A stretch of 64,000 nt of DNA from a virus (IMGVR_UViG_3300028603_000022:32001-96000), one strand, 5' to 3'; shown: positions 47,301 through 56,957, counted from the first letter of the stretch. The notes: a model not told the origin generated them from the sequence alone. A program made the numbers and translations.

Positions 47301-48831
47301 TCTACAACACGCTGTTCCCGGTTCTGCTGGTCTTTCAAACTTCACTACATACTGGTGGAGAGTTAGACACAGTGGAGCAACGATTGGAGCAGGTCCATGG
47401 TCTATTCCTACTAAATTCAGGATCAGGGCTGTACCCAATACACCTACGATTATTAGTCCGGTAACTGGTTCAATAGGAGTTACTCTTACACCTACTATAA
47501 TGACTAGCCAATTCAGGTCTCAAGATCCAGCAGCTATACATGTTTCTTCTAGATACCAATTTGCTACAACATCCAATTTTAGTAATATAGACCATATATC
47601 CGGAGATATTCCGGGTACGTCTTACACCATACCATCAGGTATTCTTAATGCTGCTACTAAATATTGGATCAGAGCGAGACATTTAACTACAAATGAAGTT
47701 ACGTCCGGTTGGTCTCCAGCCATCGATATTACTACTCTGGTAGTTAATATTACTACTCCGGCTGTTACAGTATCCAACGTGACTGGTACAACAGCTCTAT
47801 TAAGAACTACTCCGTTTAGTGTTACTTCGGGAGCTAATGATTCTCATCTGAACACCGATTGGGAAATTAGAACTACAAATGACGGGGCTGGGACTCTTAT
47901 TTGGAGTTCTATGGCTAACTCTACTAATAAGCTACAAATTACAGGTACAGGCTTACCGCCTGGAACTACACTTTTTGCAAGAGCTAGACATAGAGGAACT
48001 CAATACGGCAACAGTAATTGGTCTCCATTTATTTCTTTTGAAACTCCTACTATTACAGGTCAACAGGTTTATACTGTGCCTGGAACCTATAATTTCACAG
48101 TTCCGGCTGGAGTATTTTCTATCAGTGGAGCGGTATGTGTAGGCGGTGGTGGTAACGGTTACGCCGGTTCTGGAGCTGCTGCGGGGGCTTGGGGTTCTAA
48201 CGGTACAGGTGGAGCTGGTGCTGGCCTACGCTGGAGGAATAACATTCCAGTAACGCCCGGTACTAACCTAGTTATTGTAGTTGGTGGTCCCGGACAGGCT
48301 TCCTCTATTCAGAATCTATTGATGGCTGACGGAGGCCAACACGGTGTTCTTAACGGTAGCGCTGTAGGTGGTGGAGGTAGCTTGTATGGTGGAACTGGTG
48401 GTGGCGGTAACGGCGGTGGTTCTCACTTAGCCGATTCTCGTAGAACCTCTGGTGGTGGTGGAGCAGGTGGTTACATGGGTAATGGCGGTACTGCTAGTTA
48501 TGGTGGTCCTGTAGCTACTCCCGGTGGCGGTGGTGGAGCAGGTGGTAATCATGGTCTCCATTCTCCTTCTAGCTGGTTGTCTAGTGGTGGTGGGGGAGTA
48601 GGCTTAATTAAACTAGGTGTAACTGGTAGTAACCCAAACAGAGGAGCTACAGGTGGATCAGGTGGTGAAGACGGTGTTGCCCCAATGCATGACCCAACCC
48701 CTCGTCCGAATGGCGGCCGTTGCGGAGGCGGCGGCGGATCTAGAAACGGTTCAACTTTCGGACTTGGTGGAAACGGTGGCGTTAGACTTATATGGGGTCC
48801 AAACCGCTCCTACCCGAATGATTCTGATTAA
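44383..48831 (+). CDS. Large tail fibre/adhesin (beta-propeller, FN3/Ig-like and Gly-rich domains)
   Basis: About seven AVGxxGxIxxSxxxGxxW repeats, four PTxxxP...YWWR-type repeats, C-terminal GGGG blocks. Confidence 0.8.
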   Translation: MSSLLAGYKFHVLARYGLASQVPAAKVAEMLWDMDTKTFRVGDDTPNPPRIMSEKSTGIFNYSDIEYAMFSNLLLKEGGTIDGIKPADLNKNRGFVHRDNPGEFNNVDLGSNTNSIYVSPVMPNPELPGTYRVSLDLHPDLLNLISDGFDLRNIPFVENLPASLEAPLYRYQDTIYCWNNLEQKYEAIGVPVIRDYARLPNIPGPYVYIDATNIDDFRVMAWSGTQYVYIGSEANVITGPEPDDPLPGMYWYYNNVLKIFINGTWITIAFDSETSELNLAKRGLLLHWRYDDEGYAWEFWVDNRNFNMRQLGTTQAVTTTAFDDTIVVENAYAFTPGKSYVIFDETGSRAVITVFSVVSDTTIRAVDTLNITLNSEAGARIGSSSFSINDNGTATVFGDQEYFSRPIRTLHAWPGGSFIIQRSSIDSSGLYTVRYREEGTDIWQEAELLRTYGVEFTQYTEEEYRIPIGNASIEFWVSYKGNPSHSEIVNHFALITQYQNFDSDRIEKPTNITPAHQATNISVTPTLEGSTYRSLYGLSQIGAHFQISRDSSFYDLVLNTSSDTLVSWVGVTGYTGVYNDVAIIEGREAIAVGNAGVCIYTDDGGKTWDDIKGSNNNALNGVAWNNSDTIIAVGASGTVIYTNDYGNTWVSAASVDGFSGAINSVAAHDSNAVAVGANGKILASINKGAIWSSSTQAGGFSGMFFDVAMTTTGRCIVVGAAGTIQTSANYGIDWVPRTPAAAFSGQFRAVTLTEDGFAIAVGANGTIQTSSDYGSTWQSRTAANGYGGTFQSVHMVGMKAVVVGDTGEIQTSYNRGQTWVKRPAGSGNTNAFNGIAMNDEPYAILVGAANTIQHTYVLEGQGTTFTVPSGADLLAINNLYWWRCRYQDSVGKWSSWSDGTAFATQSSFSFVGQPTNIAPASDATSVSNTPSLQSSNFTYGGSIPDTHGSSRWQIATSADFVAPIYDSGDTSDLLQHAVPGSAGLSNFTTYWWRVRHSGATIGAGPWSIPTKFRIRAVPNTPTIISPVTGSIGVTLTPTIMTSQFRSQDPAAIHVSSRYQFATTSNFSNIDHISGDIPGTSYTIPSGILNAATKYWIRARHLTTNEVTSGWSPAIDITTLVVNITTPAVTVSNVTGTTALLRTTPFSVTSGANDSHLNTDWEIRTTNDGAGTLIWSSMANSTNKLQITGTGLPPGTTLFARARHRGTQYGNSNWSPFISFETPTITGQQVYTVPGTYNFTVPAGVFSISGAVCVGGGGNGYAGSGAAAGAWGSNGTGGAGAGLRWRNNIPVTPGTNLVIVVGGPGQASSIQNLLMADGGQHGVLNGSAVGGGGSLYGGTGGGGNGGGSHLADSRRTSGGGGAGGYMGNGGTASYGGPVATPGGGGGAGGNHGLHSPSSWLSSGGGGVGLIKLGVTGSNPNRGATGGSGGEDGVAPMHDPTPRPNGGRCGGGGGSRNGSTFGLGGNGGVRLIWGPNRSYPNDSD

Positions 48832-49036
48832 TCCATTCAAGAAAACTATTTGGGGAGTCCATTTGCGGCTCCCCAATAGTATAATGGAAATGGTTGTTAA
48901 GGCTATAGGGATATCAGGGGCTATAGAAGAAGCTCTAGATTATTATAAAACAGTCTGTTTGGGTGAAGAAATACCCGTAGTTTCAGCCGTAATTAATTAT
49001 GCCACTAATGAAAAAGTTTGGTGGATTAAGGAGTAG
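48818..49036 (+). CDS. Possible small hypothetical protein
   Basis: ATG 48818 overlaps the previous stop and the ORF ends 2 nt before the next gene; contains a GC hairpin, so coding status is uncertain. Confidence 0.4.
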   Translation: MILINPFKKTIWGVHLRLPNSIMEMVVKAIGISGAIEEALDYYKTVCLGEEIPVVSAVINYATNEKVWWIKE

Positions 49037-49038
49037 AA

Positions 49039-49611
49039 ATGTCTTGGGTTGGTTTTTATAATGGAAAGCCTCAAGAAATAGTACATATTCAGCCGGAAGG
49101 GGAAACTTCTGAAAATTTTGAATGGTTGGAAGTTTCAAATGATTTGGTCCCTTATGTTAATTCTGAATATGTAGCGGAAAATGGTAAGGTTATTCCACCG
49201 TCCAAAGAATATTTTATTAGTCAATTGAAAGCTGATTTAGCTTCTATCCGGTGGAACGCCCAAAATTACTTTGTTGAGTACGATGGGAAGCAAGTTAGAA
49301 CGGATGATGCCACTTTGGCGGCTCTAACTAGTAAGATTATGGATGTTCAACTATCTGATAAGAAAGCTAAAGAGTTCTCTTGGAATTTCAAAGGTCTTTC
49401 GGAATTTTTCACTATAAACTATGACGACGCTGTTAAAATTCGGGAACTTATTAGCGGACACCAGCAAAAGTGTTTTGATAGAGCTTCTGAAATAGAGAAA
49501 GTTCTAGATGGTCAAGGCAAAAAAGCTAAAATACTAGATATTCTAGCGGTATTTCTTGAAGAAGTGTCTAAAGGATGGCCGTTACCGGATAAAGCCGAAG
49601 GCACATACTAA
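49039..49611 (+). CDS. Fibre assembly chaperone (DUF4376-like)
   Basis: LASIRW...VRTDD...WNFK...HQQKCFDR. Confidence 0.7.
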   Translation: MSWVGFYNGKPQEIVHIQPEGETSENFEWLEVSNDLVPYVNSEYVAENGKVIPPSKEYFISQLKADLASIRWNAQNYFVEYDGKQVRTDDATLAALTSKIMDVQLSDKKAKEFSWNFKGLSEFFTINYDDAVKIRELISGHQQKCFDRASEIEKVLDGQGKKAKILDILAVFLEEVSKGWPLPDKAEGTY

Positions 49612-49623
49612 GAGGTTTTAACA

Positions 49624-51105
49624 ATGACCGCTAGTCGCGTAGTATCCAGAATAGGTTTAGAATCTCAAATACCCCCACTACGCCATGGCGAAATGGGTTA
49701 TGACACTGATACCAAGAATTTTCGTGTTGGTGATGACACCGCTCAAGCTCCTAAGATACTTACTAATAAGACAGAAGCTTTTGACTTATCTAACCTTAAA
49801 GACCTTACTCTTAGCGTAGAAGTTCTTGATTTAATAGCTAAAAGAGGTATTGACGGTTGGACACCTGTTTTAGGTACTCAAACTAGCGGAGATAGAGAAC
49901 TCCTAGTAATTAGAGACTGGTCTGGGGGAGAAGGAGTAAAACCAGAATACCCACTATATGTTACTGCTACAGGGTTATCTACTGATATAAATTTAGCTAC
50001 CAATATTAAAGGTAGTAAAGGACAAAACGGCAGCGCCCCAGTTATATCGTTTTCTATTGAAAACGGTGTACTAAAGATGGCTGTTATGAACCCCGATAAT
50101 ACGATGGGGCCGGTGTCTAGCACCATTGATGAAGACGGTCATCTTATTCTAGAATATTCAACTGTTGAAGGCACATCGGTAACTACTGATCTAGGCAAGG
50201 TTCTTATACGTTATATAGGTAATTATGATCCAGATCAAGTATATGAACCTCTAGATGAAGTTACTGTAGATAATAAACTCTACAGGGTAAGATTTGATTC
50301 AGAATCTGTTCAAGGCGTTTACGTAACTAATACTAACCATTGGTCTCTGGTATTTGACTATCTGTTAGATGTAGGCACAGAATTATGGGCTGTTCAAGTA
50401 GATAACCTAGACGATAGGGACGCCTACGATAATGAAGACGTAGGTACGTCTGTTTTAGTAAGCGATGTAGGCAATGGTAAGGCTGCTGTATTTTCTAGAA
50501 TAGGTGCCGCCGGTAATTGGACTAATCCGGCGTATTTAACAGGTCCAGAAGGTAATACCTATGATTCCTATGGAGTTTCTGTTTATAAACCGGGTGGGGT
50601 AGATTTAGGTGGATATTACGCGGAGCGTAATGCCAGTTCTAATAGTATTCAAACTAGGTTGTTTGCGGAAATTCTAAGTGGGTCGCCGGGTTCTTCGGTT
50701 GTATTCTATATAGACGTAGGCGGAGTTGCCTATGGTCAATACGAAATAGTATATGGATATCCAGTTAACCTTACAGATTTGAACATTCCAGTTAGTATAG
50801 GTGACTCTGTTACTTTCTTTGTAACCTATATTAACAATGTAGATGAGTTATTTATTAAGTTAGGTGGTAAGATTGTCAACGGTTCTGGATCAGGTGATTT
50901 CCAGACAGCGGTTAAAAGATTTACTGGCAATAATAGCGCTACTGTTTTTGATACTGAAATTGTTGAAGCTACTACTAATTTGACTTCTGTTTATATAAAT
51001 GGTGTGTATCAACAGAAAGATTCTTACACGTTGGTTAACGGGGTTATTACTTTTTCAGAAGCTCCATCGTCTTCTCATTCCATTGAAGCTGTTATTATTT
51101 ATTAG
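49624..51105 (+). CDS. Tail fibre/structural protein
   Basis: GEMGYDTDTKNFRVGD N-terminus; C-terminal VYINGVYQ...ITFSEAP. Confidence 0.7.
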   Translation: MTASRVVSRIGLESQIPPLRHGEMGYDTDTKNFRVGDDTAQAPKILTNKTEAFDLSNLKDLTLSVEVLDLIAKRGIDGWTPVLGTQTSGDRELLVIRDWSGGEGVKPEYPLYVTATGLSTDINLATNIKGSKGQNGSAPVISFSIENGVLKMAVMNPDNTMGPVSSTIDEDGHLILEYSTVEGTSVTTDLGKVLIRYIGNYDPDQVYEPLDEVTVDNKLYRVRFDSESVQGVYVTNTNHWSLVFDYLLDVGTELWAVQVDNLDDRDAYDNEDVGTSVLVSDVGNGKAAVFSRIGAAGNWTNPAYLTGPEGNTYDSYGVSVYKPGGVDLGGYYAERNASSNSIQTRLFAEILSGSPGSSVVFYIDVGGVAYGQYEIVYGYPVNLTDLNIPVSIGDSVTFFVTYINNVDELFIKLGGKIVNGSGSGDFQTAVKRFTGNNSATVFDTEIVEATTNLTSVYINGVYQQKDSYTLVNGVITFSEAPSSSHSIEAVIIY

Positions 51106-51115
51106 GACGATTTAG

Positions 51116-52438
51116 ATGAATATCATACCATTTATTGATAGAGCAGCACCTTTAAATAATAATTCAGCAGTTTCTACGCTAGGTAATGAACGAAAGGGGG
51201 TTGTTTTTGATTTTCTTAATATGCAAGCTTATATAACTAACCCTGATAACCCAGAGCACTTTTATGCCGGCCACCCTTCTGGCGTTTTATCTTATACAGC
51301 ACCTTCTCCTAAGTATGTACACAACGCTTCTGGTAAATTAGAATCCAGTGTATCATTAAGGTGTGACCACGATCCTTACACTAAAGAACCGTTAGGGGCG
51401 TTAATAGAACCTCAAAGTACCAATTTAAGTACGTATTCTGAAAGTTTTGACAATTGGACACTTACCAATGCTACTTTTAGTAATAGTAGTATTCCTTCTC
51501 CTATATCCGGAGTAAATTATAAAAGATTAGACGCTTTAGGAGGAGTTACCTCCAATATCAGGCAACAGTTATCAGGAGTAGGCGTTGCGGGAGGTATGAC
51601 ACTCTCAGCATATGTTAAAAAAGGTTCTGGAGCTACGCATTTAGGACAGTTTGCTATCCGCGATCATACTAACAGCGACACACTTATTATTTATAATTTT
51701 AATTTTGATAATGGCTCTTATACCACAATAGGCGGTACTCAAACAGCTAATTCTACCTTGAAAGCCCAAAGAATCAGTATAGACGAATGGAGAGTATCCG
51801 TTACCTGTACAGCCGGAATAAGTAACGGTAGCCAAATGTGGATATATGTTGGTAACGCTGGTTTAACTACACCTTCCGCTCAACATATGTATATGACTGG
51901 AGTTCAATTTGAACCCTTACCATATTCTACATCGTACATAAAAACAGAAGCTTCTTCTGTAACTAGAGCAGCGGATAATATAACAATGCCACTCACACGT
52001 ATTCCATTCAATACGCAAGAAGGTTCCGTTATTTCAGAACATTTGGTAAGACTATACGGTGTAACACCCACATACCCCGCAGTTTGGGCATTTTTAGGTT
52101 TAGGCAATAATGTTATACACTTGTATAACCAAACTGTTAGTGGAGCTGTAAGAATTTTTATAAACGATAATATTGGAGTGTTAACCGACTTTGGTACAGG
52201 TTTTTTTACAACAGGTGATAAGGTAAAAGTAGCTGTAAAATTTGCAGAAGAAGAAGTAGCAACTTCTGTAAATAATAGTACACCTGTGATTACCTCTCTC
52301 ATTAGAGCATTACCGGATTTAACACTATTATCTATAGGAAGGTCAAGCTCCACAACTTTGAGTAGCCATGTTAAATCATTTGTATACCTACCACGTCTTT
52401 TATCTAATACAGAACTTCAAGAATGGAGTACATTATGA
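51116..52438 (+). CDS. Fibre/spike protein with lectin-like domains (cassette 1)
   Basis: GALIEPQSTNL, TSYIKT...TRAAD, C-terminal LPRLLSNTELQEWSTL. Confidence 0.75.
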   Translation: MNIIPFIDRAAPLNNNSAVSTLGNERKGVVFDFLNMQAYITNPDNPEHFYAGHPSGVLSYTAPSPKYVHNASGKLESSVSLRCDHDPYTKEPLGALIEPQSTNLSTYSESFDNWTLTNATFSNSSIPSPISGVNYKRLDALGGVTSNIRQQLSGVGVAGGMTLSAYVKKGSGATHLGQFAIRDHTNSDTLIIYNFNFDNGSYTTIGGTQTANSTLKAQRISIDEWRVSVTCTAGISNGSQMWIYVGNAGLTTPSAQHMYMTGVQFEPLPYSTSYIKTEASSVTRAADNITMPLTRIPFNTQEGSVISEHLVRLYGVTPTYPAVWAFLGLGNNVIHLYNQTVSGAVRIFINDNIGVLTDFGTGFFTTGDKVKVAVKFAEEEVATSVNNSTPVITSLIRALPDLTLLSIGRSSSTTLSSHVKSFVYLPRLLSNTELQEWSTL

Positions 52439-52797
52439 ACGATGGATTAGAATATTTTTCTTGGTCTCCTACTCGTGAGATTTTTGTTCAAACAATGACA
52501 GATCTAGTTAATCCTGTTACTGGACAGCCTCTTGCTAGCGTAGAAGACGATGTGTTAATACCTTCTGAACATGTAAGGATCGACGAAATCGGTCCGATAG
52601 TTAAAACTCCAGCTACTTATGACGAAGAAGGTAATGAATTAACTGCTGCAATTATGGTAGAAGGACACCACGTTAATTTATGGGCTGTAGGAGAGTTGGC
52701 GGACCTTCTTAGAGTCCGTAATAATAACGTTGATTATGCTACAATAAATTCCGCCTTACCTAAAGAAAATAAAAAAAAGATTTCGTATGGCAATTAG
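52435..52797 (+). CDS. Fibre partner/chaperone (cassette 1) with apparently chimeric C-terminus
   Basis: ATGA overlap; PATYDEEGN...GHHVNL; last ~25 aa resemble fibre-domain sequence. Confidence 0.65.
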   Translation: MNDGLEYFSWSPTREIFVQTMTDLVNPVTGQPLASVEDDVLIPSEHVRIDEIGPIVKTPATYDEEGNELTAAIMVEGHHVNLWAVGELADLLRVRNNNVDYATINSALPKENKKKISYGN

Positions 52798-54457
52798 AGC
52801 ACAAGCAGATAATTCAGCAGTTAGCGTTAACGGTGAAACTACAGTCGTTTCTAGTGAAATTGTACCTCCTACCAACGTCTTGGCACTATACGTATCACCT
52901 ACAAGCTGGGGTAGCAACAGTTTTGATTATTATCACGTTAGACAAATAATTGTATTACCAAGAGCCCTTTCTAATGTAGAACTACAAAACAGTAGTTTAA
53001 TTACAAATCAACTTGAAATTAATACACATCTGGTAGACACAGATAACCCGCATAATGTAACTAAAGCTCAGGTCGGGCTTGGTGATGTGGACAACACCGC
53101 CGATGTGGACAAGCCGGTCTCGACGGCGCAGCTGGCGAAGATCTATGCAGCGGTGACGCAGGGCACGATGGCCGCGCCGCTGATCGAGGGGGAGCAGCGT
53201 GCAGCCGCCTTCGATTTCGAGCGATGGGCGGTCATGTTCAGGGATATCACCAATCCGGCGCTCAACTTCGTCGGCCGTCCCGACGACATCATCACCATGA
53301 CGCGCGCCAGCGACGCTACGTACTTCGATGAAAACGGCGTCATGCAGGTCGCGGGGCCGAACACGATGCGCCGCAGCCGTGTACCGGAAACCGGGCGCAT
53401 GGGGTTCCTGTCGGAGTGGTCGTCGACGAACCTATGGGCTAACACTGTGCCTACAGGAGGTACTGTAGGTGTGATTGGTTCGGGAGGGTCGTTACCTGCG
53501 GGATGGTCAAACGCCAATAAAGCCGGGTTGACTGTCGAAATACTGGCAATAGAGCCGGGGGGTATCGAGGATGGAGTGCCGGGCATTGCAGTGCGTATAT
53601 CCGGGACCGGGAATGGAACCGTCTTTAGACTGAGCATGTCTTCACCATCCTATGTCACGCAAGATTTGTGGTACACAACATCAGGCTACGTAAGAGCGGT
53701 TGCGGGCTCCTTAGTGGGTATGTCAAACATACATATCAACTGCGTCAACGGTGGCCCCAGCGTCGCTTTCCCAAACCCGTTTGCCGCAACACGCATGGCA
53801 GATGCGCGAAGTTCCTATTCATCCCCAATGTCAAGCTCCAATCCGGGGGGTGGTAGGTTTCCCGAACTACGTTTCACCGCTGCATCGGGCGAGGTCATCG
53901 ACATTACCTTTCTTGTAGGCGCGGCACAGTTTGAGCAACGAGAATTTCTGTCGAGCTACATCCCAACCACGACAGTAGCTGCCACTCGCTCGGCTGACAA
54001 TGCGAGGATCAACCTGTCGGCGCTACCGTGGTCATCCGAGCACTTCTGCATCATCGCGGATTTCGACAGCCGTACGTTTCATTCCGCGGATGGCCATTAT
54101 CGCTCGCCGTTCGGATTGGTAGACGGTGGAGGAACCAACGGATTAGTACAGCAGAGATTAAATTCTACGAGTAATCGCTTCGGCATAACCTCTAGCAACG
54201 CGGCGCTGACCAACGGCGTTTTAGGCCGCAACCGCGTCGCGGCTGCGTTTTCGTCGGATGGCAATGCGCGTATCAGCGCGAACGGCGGGACGGTTGCATC
54301 CCGCGAGTTAGCGCTCGATCCGTCGATTCTGACGCGGTTCAATATTGGACATCATAGAAATGGTCAGGGCACACTCGCCGGCCACCTGCACTCGCTGGTT
54401 GTCCTGCCGCGCAATCCTACCGACCTCGAAATGCAGGGATGGAGCACATTACCATGA
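52787..54457 (+). CDS. Mosaic fibre/spike protein (cassette 2), GC-rich from about 53070
   Basis: NPHNVTKAQVGLGDVDNTAD linker; TRASDATYFD, SSYIPT...TRSAD; paralogous to 51116. Confidence 0.8.
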   Translation: MAIRAQADNSAVSVNGETTVVSSEIVPPTNVLALYVSPTSWGSNSFDYYHVRQIIVLPRALSNVELQNSSLITNQLEINTHLVDTDNPHNVTKAQVGLGDVDNTADVDKPVSTAQLAKIYAAVTQGTMAAPLIEGEQRAAAFDFERWAVMFRDITNPALNFVGRPDDIITMTRASDATYFDENGVMQVAGPNTMRRSRVPETGRMGFLSEWSSTNLWANTVPTGGTVGVIGSGGSLPAGWSNANKAGLTVEILAIEPGGIEDGVPGIAVRISGTGNGTVFRLSMSSPSYVTQDLWYTTSGYVRAVAGSLVGMSNIHINCVNGGPSVAFPNPFAATRMADARSSYSSPMSSSNPGGGRFPELRFTAASGEVIDITFLVGAAQFEQREFLSSYIPTTTVAATRSADNARINLSALPWSSEHFCIIADFDSRTFHSADGHYRSPFGLVDGGGTNGLVQQRLNSTSNRFGITSSNAALTNGVLGRNRVAAAFSSDGNARISANGGTVASRELALDPSILTRFNIGHHRNGQGTLAGHLHSLVVLPRNPTDLEMQGWSTLP

Positions 54458-54849
54458 AGGTCATCGATCATCTGATCCGCTGCGGCTCGGCCGAGGAAGC
54501 GCAGGAACTGGAAGACCGCTACGGGCCTTCGGCCGCCTACCAGCCGCGTGTAATCCTGCAAGACGCGGTTTGGGACGAAACCGACCCGGAAAACCCGGTG
54601 CAGACAACGCCCGAGATCGTGGCTTCCGGGTGGCATGTGTGGATCGCCCTCGACCATCTGGCCGAGGATCTGCGCGACCTTCCGGGCGATGCTTGTCGAT
54701 TGATCGCAGACAGGTCTCTGTGCTTGCCCGAGGCGACGTTTCGCGACGTGCTGCTCTATCACGCGGCCGACATCGACGAGATCGTGCTGGCGACGGCAAG
54801 GATTGAGCCCGTGCCGGCAGGGAGCGATTATCCGTGGAGGCGTTACTAA
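54454..54849 (+). CDS. Fibre partner/chaperone (cassette 2), GC-rich
   Basis: ATGA overlap; DAVWDETDPEN...GWHVWI parallels the cassette 1 partner. Confidence 0.7.
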   Translation: MKVIDHLIRCGSAEEAQELEDRYGPSAAYQPRVILQDAVWDETDPENPVQTTPEIVASGWHVWIALDHLAEDLRDLPGDACRLIADRSLCLPEATFRDVLLYHAADIDEIVLATARIEPVPAGSDYPWRRY

Positions 54850-54864
54850 ATTATAACTAAATAA

Positions 54865-54893
54865 TTTACATTATATTTTACATTATATTTTAC
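54865..54893. repeat. 12-bp tandem repeat TTTACATTATAT at the right edge of the GC-rich cassette
   Basis: Two full copies plus TTTAC, followed by TAATTC. Confidence 0.75.
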
Positions 54894-54938
54894 CTTAATT
54901 CTTATGTAACCATATCGTTTTCAAATTGAGAATATAAT

Positions 54939-56951
54939 ATGACAATTATTACACAAAATTTAGGTAAAATCGTTCCAAATCATAGAGGAGGTTTTCGTCC
55001 AGACTGGCAATACCGAGTTCTGGATGAAACCTTTTACTTTGGTGCTTCTTACCGTGTTATAAAAGAGCCTCCATTAGGTACTTACCCTACTGATGAAGAA
55101 TACTGGGTAATAGTATCAGAATCCTCTGCAAAGCTTGTAAATGTTGAAATTATAGACACTAATGAAATTACAGGTACTATTACTATCAGGTTTTCTTACG
55201 AAGACCTGACTTTTTATGACATAGTTACTGGCCCTCTAATACCGGAAATTACTAAACCAGATTGGAACGCACCATCTGGTCCTGCCGAAATACTAAATAA
55301 ACCTAATTTAGGGGACGCGGCGTATCTAGGGTTAGGAACCACAGCTAACAGTGTAGCAGCTGGTAATCATGGACATTCAACTGCTACAACATCTTCTAAT
55401 GGATTTATGTCTTCTGGAGATAAGTCTAAATTAGATGGAATTGCTTCTGGTGCTACCAATAACAACACGAACGAACACCTGTTAGCTAGAGCAAACCATA
55501 CAGGTGTTCAAGCTATTTCTACAGTCTCTGGACTAACAGTCGCGTTAAATTCAAAAGTAAACACAGCCTCTTTGTCAACTCCAAACGGAGTTGCGACTCT
55601 AGACACTCAAGGCAGATTACCTCAATCTCAAGGTGGTGGTCAGCCTGTCCTAACCCCTACCTATACCCCAATTACCGAACAAAGTCCTTCTACTTTTAGC
55701 TCTTCCTATAACCATGTAGGTTTTTTTAGATTAGCCTCTAATACTAGTAGCCCTATAGATTTTCCTGTTAGTTGGGCTTCGTCTACGGGGATAACTTCCG
55801 GTGTTGTAGAAGGGTATATATCGCCTAGTGGTAATTATGCTTTCTCTTATCAAATTATTACAGGTTCTATTGGTAATAGATTTATGCGTAGGGCTTTAAA
55901 CTCTACAACTTGGGGAGATTGGGAAGAAATTGCTTCTTCCGGTGTCGCTACTATTTCCGCTAATGGTTTAATGTCTTCAACAGACAAAATAAAGCTTAAC
56001 GGTATAGCAACTGGAGCGACAGCTAACCAGACTAATTCTTACCTTTTAAACAGGTCTAATCATACTGGTAGCCAACCTCAAAGTACAATTGATGGGTTAG
56101 GAGCAGCCCTCAACGATAAATTATCTCTTACTGGGGGTAATGTAGTAGGTAAAGTAGTATATTCTAATTGGACTCCTTATACTGCTGAAGCTAGAATACA
56201 TTTCGGGTTGAACGCCGAAGACGTAGGTAAAGCTATCCAAATAGGGGGCGCTGGTCTATCAGGTACAGCTAATCAATCCCATAATCATGGTGTAGCTATA
56301 GGGTTAGCCAATAACAACATTAACGGAACCAACAGTAGTCTATTTATTATAAATTCAATCTCGGGGATTGGAGTTACTTTTAATAGCCAAACTATATCTG
56401 GTTACAACTATAATTTTAGGGTTGAACAAGCGTTAACTATAGGTAGTTATGGGTTTCGTACAACTGGCGAAGCAAAAATTGGTGGTTCAGTAGTTAACCC
56501 AGATATATCGGCGGTTCTTGAATTAGACAGCACGTCTAAAGGGTTTTTACCTCCTAGAATGACCGCTGCTCAAATAAGCACCAACATCAACCTTTCTGCA
56601 AATCCAGAAGGTTGTATAGCTTATGATAGAACTAATCATATTCTTAAGCTATATAATGGTTCACAATGGATAGATATTGGGGCTACAATAGGAGTAGAGC
56701 AAACTTGGCAGAACGTAACCGCTAGTCGTCTGCGTAATACCACATACCAGAATACAACAGGTAAACCTATACAACTATCTATTTTAACAGACTACCACTC
56801 TAACTTATTGCAATGCTCAATTGATGGTAGTGATTGGGTAACTATTGGACGTTCTGACTATTATGTTATGCATAATGCTATTATACCTATAAATAATTAT
56901 TATAGACTAACAGGTAATGGACCTATAGTTTCGTGGAGCGAATTAAGGTAA
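54939..56951 (+). CDS. Tail fibre protein
   Basis: Duplicated GxMSSxDKxKLxGIAxGAT and RxNHTGxQ motifs; STSKGFLPPRMT; QTWQNVT...YQNTTGKPI...WSELR C-terminus. Confidence 0.85.
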   Translation: MTIITQNLGKIVPNHRGGFRPDWQYRVLDETFYFGASYRVIKEPPLGTYPTDEEYWVIVSESSAKLVNVEIIDTNEITGTITIRFSYEDLTFYDIVTGPLIPEITKPDWNAPSGPAEILNKPNLGDAAYLGLGTTANSVAAGNHGHSTATTSSNGFMSSGDKSKLDGIASGATNNNTNEHLLARANHTGVQAISTVSGLTVALNSKVNTASLSTPNGVATLDTQGRLPQSQGGGQPVLTPTYTPITEQSPSTFSSSYNHVGFFRLASNTSSPIDFPVSWASSTGITSGVVEGYISPSGNYAFSYQIITGSIGNRFMRRALNSTTWGDWEEIASSGVATISANGLMSSTDKIKLNGIATGATANQTNSYLLNRSNHTGSQPQSTIDGLGAALNDKLSLTGGNVVGKVVYSNWTPYTAEARIHFGLNAEDVGKAIQIGGAGLSGTANQSHNHGVAIGLANNNINGTNSSLFIINSISGIGVTFNSQTISGYNYNFRVEQALTIGSYGFRTTGEAKIGGSVVNPDISAVLELDSTSKGFLPPRMTAAQISTNINLSANPEGCIAYDRTNHILKLYNGSQWIDIGATIGVEQTWQNVTASRLRNTTYQNTTGKPIQLSILTDYHSNLLQCSIDGSDWVTIGRSDYYVMHNAIIPINNYYRLTGNGPIVSWSELR

Positions 56952-56957
56952 TTTGAC

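Noticed and set aside
48848-48878. Hairpin TTGGGGAG...CTCCCCAA as a terminator
   Set aside because: No U-tract follows and it lies in a possible small ORF; left uncalled
51116-54849. Diversity-generating retroelement or invertible fibre cassette
   Set aside because: No reverse transcriptase or invertase, no near-identical TR/VR pair with A-specific mismatches, and no flanking inverted repeats seen
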